In this document: piece after piece, positions 61,731-64,000 of the stretch
Layout of the letters: every line of letters begins with the position of its first letter
Position numbering within the stretch: position 1 is the first letter of the stretch
Assembly: GCA_963422375.2 (NCBI GenBank)
Contig: OY729427.2
Location: forward strand, 224,001-288,000
Reading direction: 5' to 3'
Origin: Bryobacterales bacterium
Lineage (GTDB): Bacteria; Acidobacteriota; Terriglobia; Bryobacterales; UBA6623
Length of the DNA stretch: 64,000 bases
Notes under the pieces: generated by a model
The model's database searches: none
Told to the model about the DNA's origin: nothing
The model's input: the letters and a program-made list of their open reading frames with translations, nothing else
Program-made: the position numbers and the translations under genes

Positions 61731-64000
61731 GCTCGTGGATGGCCTGGCGTTCGTTATTGTCCTCCGGGCTGGACATTCGCAGCGAGGCCGTCCGCGTCTG
61801 CGAAGATTCGTCCGCTTTATAGCGCATGAACAGCGCCTCTTCGCGCTCGGCCGCCTCCAGGTCCCCGAGCCCCCGATAGCAGCGCATTCGCGTGTAGTGC
61901 ATCTGCAGGTCTTCCGGATCGATGCGCGCGACCCGGTCGAGCACTTCGACCGCTCGGGCGTACTCCCTCTGCAGGAACAGAATGCTCGCGATCTCGTTGA
62001 GCACCACCCGGTCGCGCGGGTACCGCTCCGCCGCGCGCCGCAAGTCCTCGAGCGCGCCCGGATAGTCGCCCGCGGCGCGGCGCGCCAGCGCCCTGAAGTA
62101 GAGCGCCCGCGGCAGGCCCGGGGACAGGTCGAGAGCTCTTACGAGATACGGCCCGGCCTCGGCCGTGCGCCCCTCTTCCACCATCGCGCGGGCGACGTTG
62201 AGCCAGCCGTCCGGGTGACCGGGGTCGGCCTCCGTGGCGCGCAGGAACGCGTGTTCCGCGCCCCGCAGGTCGCCCTGCAGCAGCAGGCCGATGCCGTAGT
62301 CGTTCCATCGCTCCCAGTCGGCCGCTTGCACGGCAGGCGCCCACGCGGCCGTGCGCTCACCGACTTGCAGGAGCGCCTCGGCCGCCGCGATCTCGGTGAT
62401 GGGCAGCACGGGGATCCGGTCGTTGATCAGTCCGGGAACGTTGCCCGGTATGTCCGCCGGATCGTAGGTGAACTCCCTGTCGTCGAACCCCTCGCCGAAA
62501 TCCCCGGAACCGGCCTTGCCGGCATACGCGAATGCGGTGTAGGAGTGCGAGAACTTGCGGTGCTTGAGGCTGGCCCGCAACGTCAGCGGACCATCGGCCC
62601 CTTCCGGTATGCGGACGCGGTAGTGAACGGTGTCGGCAGCCCCGGGCGGGATCAGGCGCGCGTAGACCAGGCCCCGCATGTTGAAGGCATTCCGCTTGTC
62701 GATGGGATTGCCGTGCGCGTCGACCTGCAGCGCCCGGTAGAAGTGCGCGCCGGGATCCACCGGCCCGGCCCCGTCGTCGGCGACCCGACCGCTCCAGAAC
62801 AGCGCCTTCCCGGAGGCGTCGAGCACGACGAATTCCACCCACACGTCGAAAGCGTCCACGGTGCCACTGGGGAAAAAGTGCCCGACCTTGCGTGTCCGCA
62901 CCACCACGTCGACACGGACCGTCTCGCCCGGCTGGACGACCGGCTCGGACCCGTCGATGGGAGCGGCCAGGTTGCCCACCTGGCGCAGCAGCGAAGGGCC
63001 GCGGCGGCCCCCGCCCTCCTCGCCCACGGCGAATCCGGTCGCCGCCGACACCTGGCCCTTTCGTCGCAGCATCTGGGGCGAGGAGTCGTCCTCGACCACG
63101 GGCGCCACGGCGAAGATATCGACGGTCGCGATGCCGTCCCGCAGGAAGCGCTGGACCTCCTCGAGCTGCCGCGCGTCGCCGTTCACGTGCGGGACGGCCG
63201 TGTTGGCGGCGGCGAAGCGGTGGGACCGCACCTTGCCGTCGCGATTGCCGGGATCGTCGGAATCTACCAGAGGCATGTGACAGTCCGAGCAGTCCAGCGG
63301 CTCGTCGGGATAGTAGAAGGACCGCGCACCCTGCCCCGAGACACCGCTCGCCTGCCAGTTGTCGTAGGAATTAAACCCGCGCACCCAGCGGTAGCGGTTC
63401 ACCGGCACGTCCAGATGCACCTTGTGGCACGAGGCGCAGAACTCTGACGAGTCCTGCCGCATGAAGGGCTTCAAGAAGGCCCGCCGGTGCGCGGCGGGGG
63501 CCGTGTTCGTTACGTAGTCGTGAGCCGCGCGCAGCAGCCCGAACTCGCTCGAAGCGAGGCCGTGAAGCTTCGGGTACTCGATCACGAAACCGCCGTTGCC
63601 CATGGTGTCGGGCACATGCACGATGGAGTGGCACGACACGCAGGCGAGGCCTGCATGCGCCTCGGGCGTGTCGAGCTGGCCCGCGACCGCCTCGTCGAAC
63701 ATGCCGTTGAAGAGCATGGCGTGGTCGTGGCAGCCCGCGCACCACTTCGACGCCTGCACGCCAGCGGTCTCCTGCATGTACTCGATGGACTTGCGGTAGA
63801 ACTGGTTGTTGAACGACGAGAAGCGGTGCATGGACGAGCGCCATTGCTCGTAGACATCCTTGTGGCACTCGCCGCAGGCCGACGAGTCCAAGAAAAAGTC
63901 CGACGGAACCTTCCCCCCGCTCGCCGTCTGGGAAGCCGACGGAAAGAACGGGCCCGCGCGACCGCCTCCCTCGTAGTCCATCGAGAGGGGCGCCGAGGTG
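61711..64000 (-). CDS. Multiheme cytochrome c plus TPR protein; partial, probably starts beyond the right edge
   Basis: CGECH, CAGCH, CVSCH, CASCH and CSDCH; WERWNDYGIGLLLQGD followed by TPR helices; frame open to the window end. Confidence 0.88.
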   Translation of the reverse strand, partial: TSAPLSMDYEGGGRAGPFFPSASQTASGGKVPSDFFLDSSACGECHKDVYEQWRSSMHRFSSFNNQFYRKSIEYMQETAGVQASKWCAGCHDHAMLFNGMFDEAVAGQLDTPEAHAGLACVSCHSIVHVPDTMGNGGFVIEYPKLHGLASSEFGLLRAAHDYVTNTAPAAHRRAFLKPFMRQDSSEFCASCHKVHLDVPVNRYRWVRGFNSYDNWQASGVSGQGARSFYYPDEPLDCSDCHMPLVDSDDPGNRDGKVRSHRFAAANTAVPHVNGDARQLEEVQRFLRDGIATVDIFAVAPVVEDDSSPQMLRRKGQVSAATGFAVGEEGGGRRGPSLLRQVGNLAAPIDGSEPVVQPGETVRVDVVVRTRKVGHFFPSGTVDAFDVWVEFVVLDASGKALFWSGRVADDGAGPVDPGAHFYRALQVDAHGNPIDKRNAFNMRGLVYARLIPPGAADTVHYRVRIPEGADGPLTLRASLKHRKFSHSYTAFAYAGKAGSGDFGEGFDDREFTYDPADIPGNVPGLINDRIPVLPITEIAAAEALLQVGERTAAWAPAVQAADWERWNDYGIGLLLQGDLRGAEHAFLRATEADPGHPDGWLNVARAMVEEGRTAEAGPYLVRALDLSPGLPRALYFRALARRAAGDYPGALEDLRRAAERYPRDRVVLNEIASILFLQREYARAVEVLDRVARIDPEDLQMHYTRMRCYRGLGDLEAAEREEALFMRYKADESSQTRTASLRMSSPEDNNERQAIHEHVSAPL

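Overview
Very GC-rich bacterial chromosomal window. Protein styles (Oar-like TonB receptors, CRTAC1 plus TPR/multiheme pair, FtsZ N-terminus) suggest Acidobacteriota, possibly Bryobacterales-like and host-associated; this is inference. About 1-45 kb is mostly minus-strand housekeeping: a partial TPR/Slt gene, alaS, the rplM-rpsI-rpsB-tsf-pyrH-frr-thiE cluster, the dcw cluster mraZ to ftsZ (no murB or ddl), dxr-rseP-skp and pepP-accB-accC, interspersed with two sulfatases, an FGE and a pentaheme cytochrome. About 45.6-56.2 kb has two divergent TonB-dependent receptors flanking a decayed accessory island (Rpn nuclease, IS1595, truncated DNA methyltransferase). The right end holds an acyl-CoA dehydrogenase, a pseudogene tract and a CRTAC1 plus multiheme-TPR pair. 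Main observations: a diverged ~0.65 kb tandem duplication across the ftsI/murE junction whose relic ORFs keep an unbroken stop/start overlap chain; a 253-bp MITE with an 8-bp TSD; a DtxR/MntR-like palindrome on a TonB receptor; MraZ GTGG repeats; a candidate intragenic RpnS antitoxin; an FGE coupled to an ActA-like cytochrome; divergent FtsA ATP motifs; and several apparently leaderless genes. No rRNA, tRNA or CRISPR array was seen. All alignments were done by eye.
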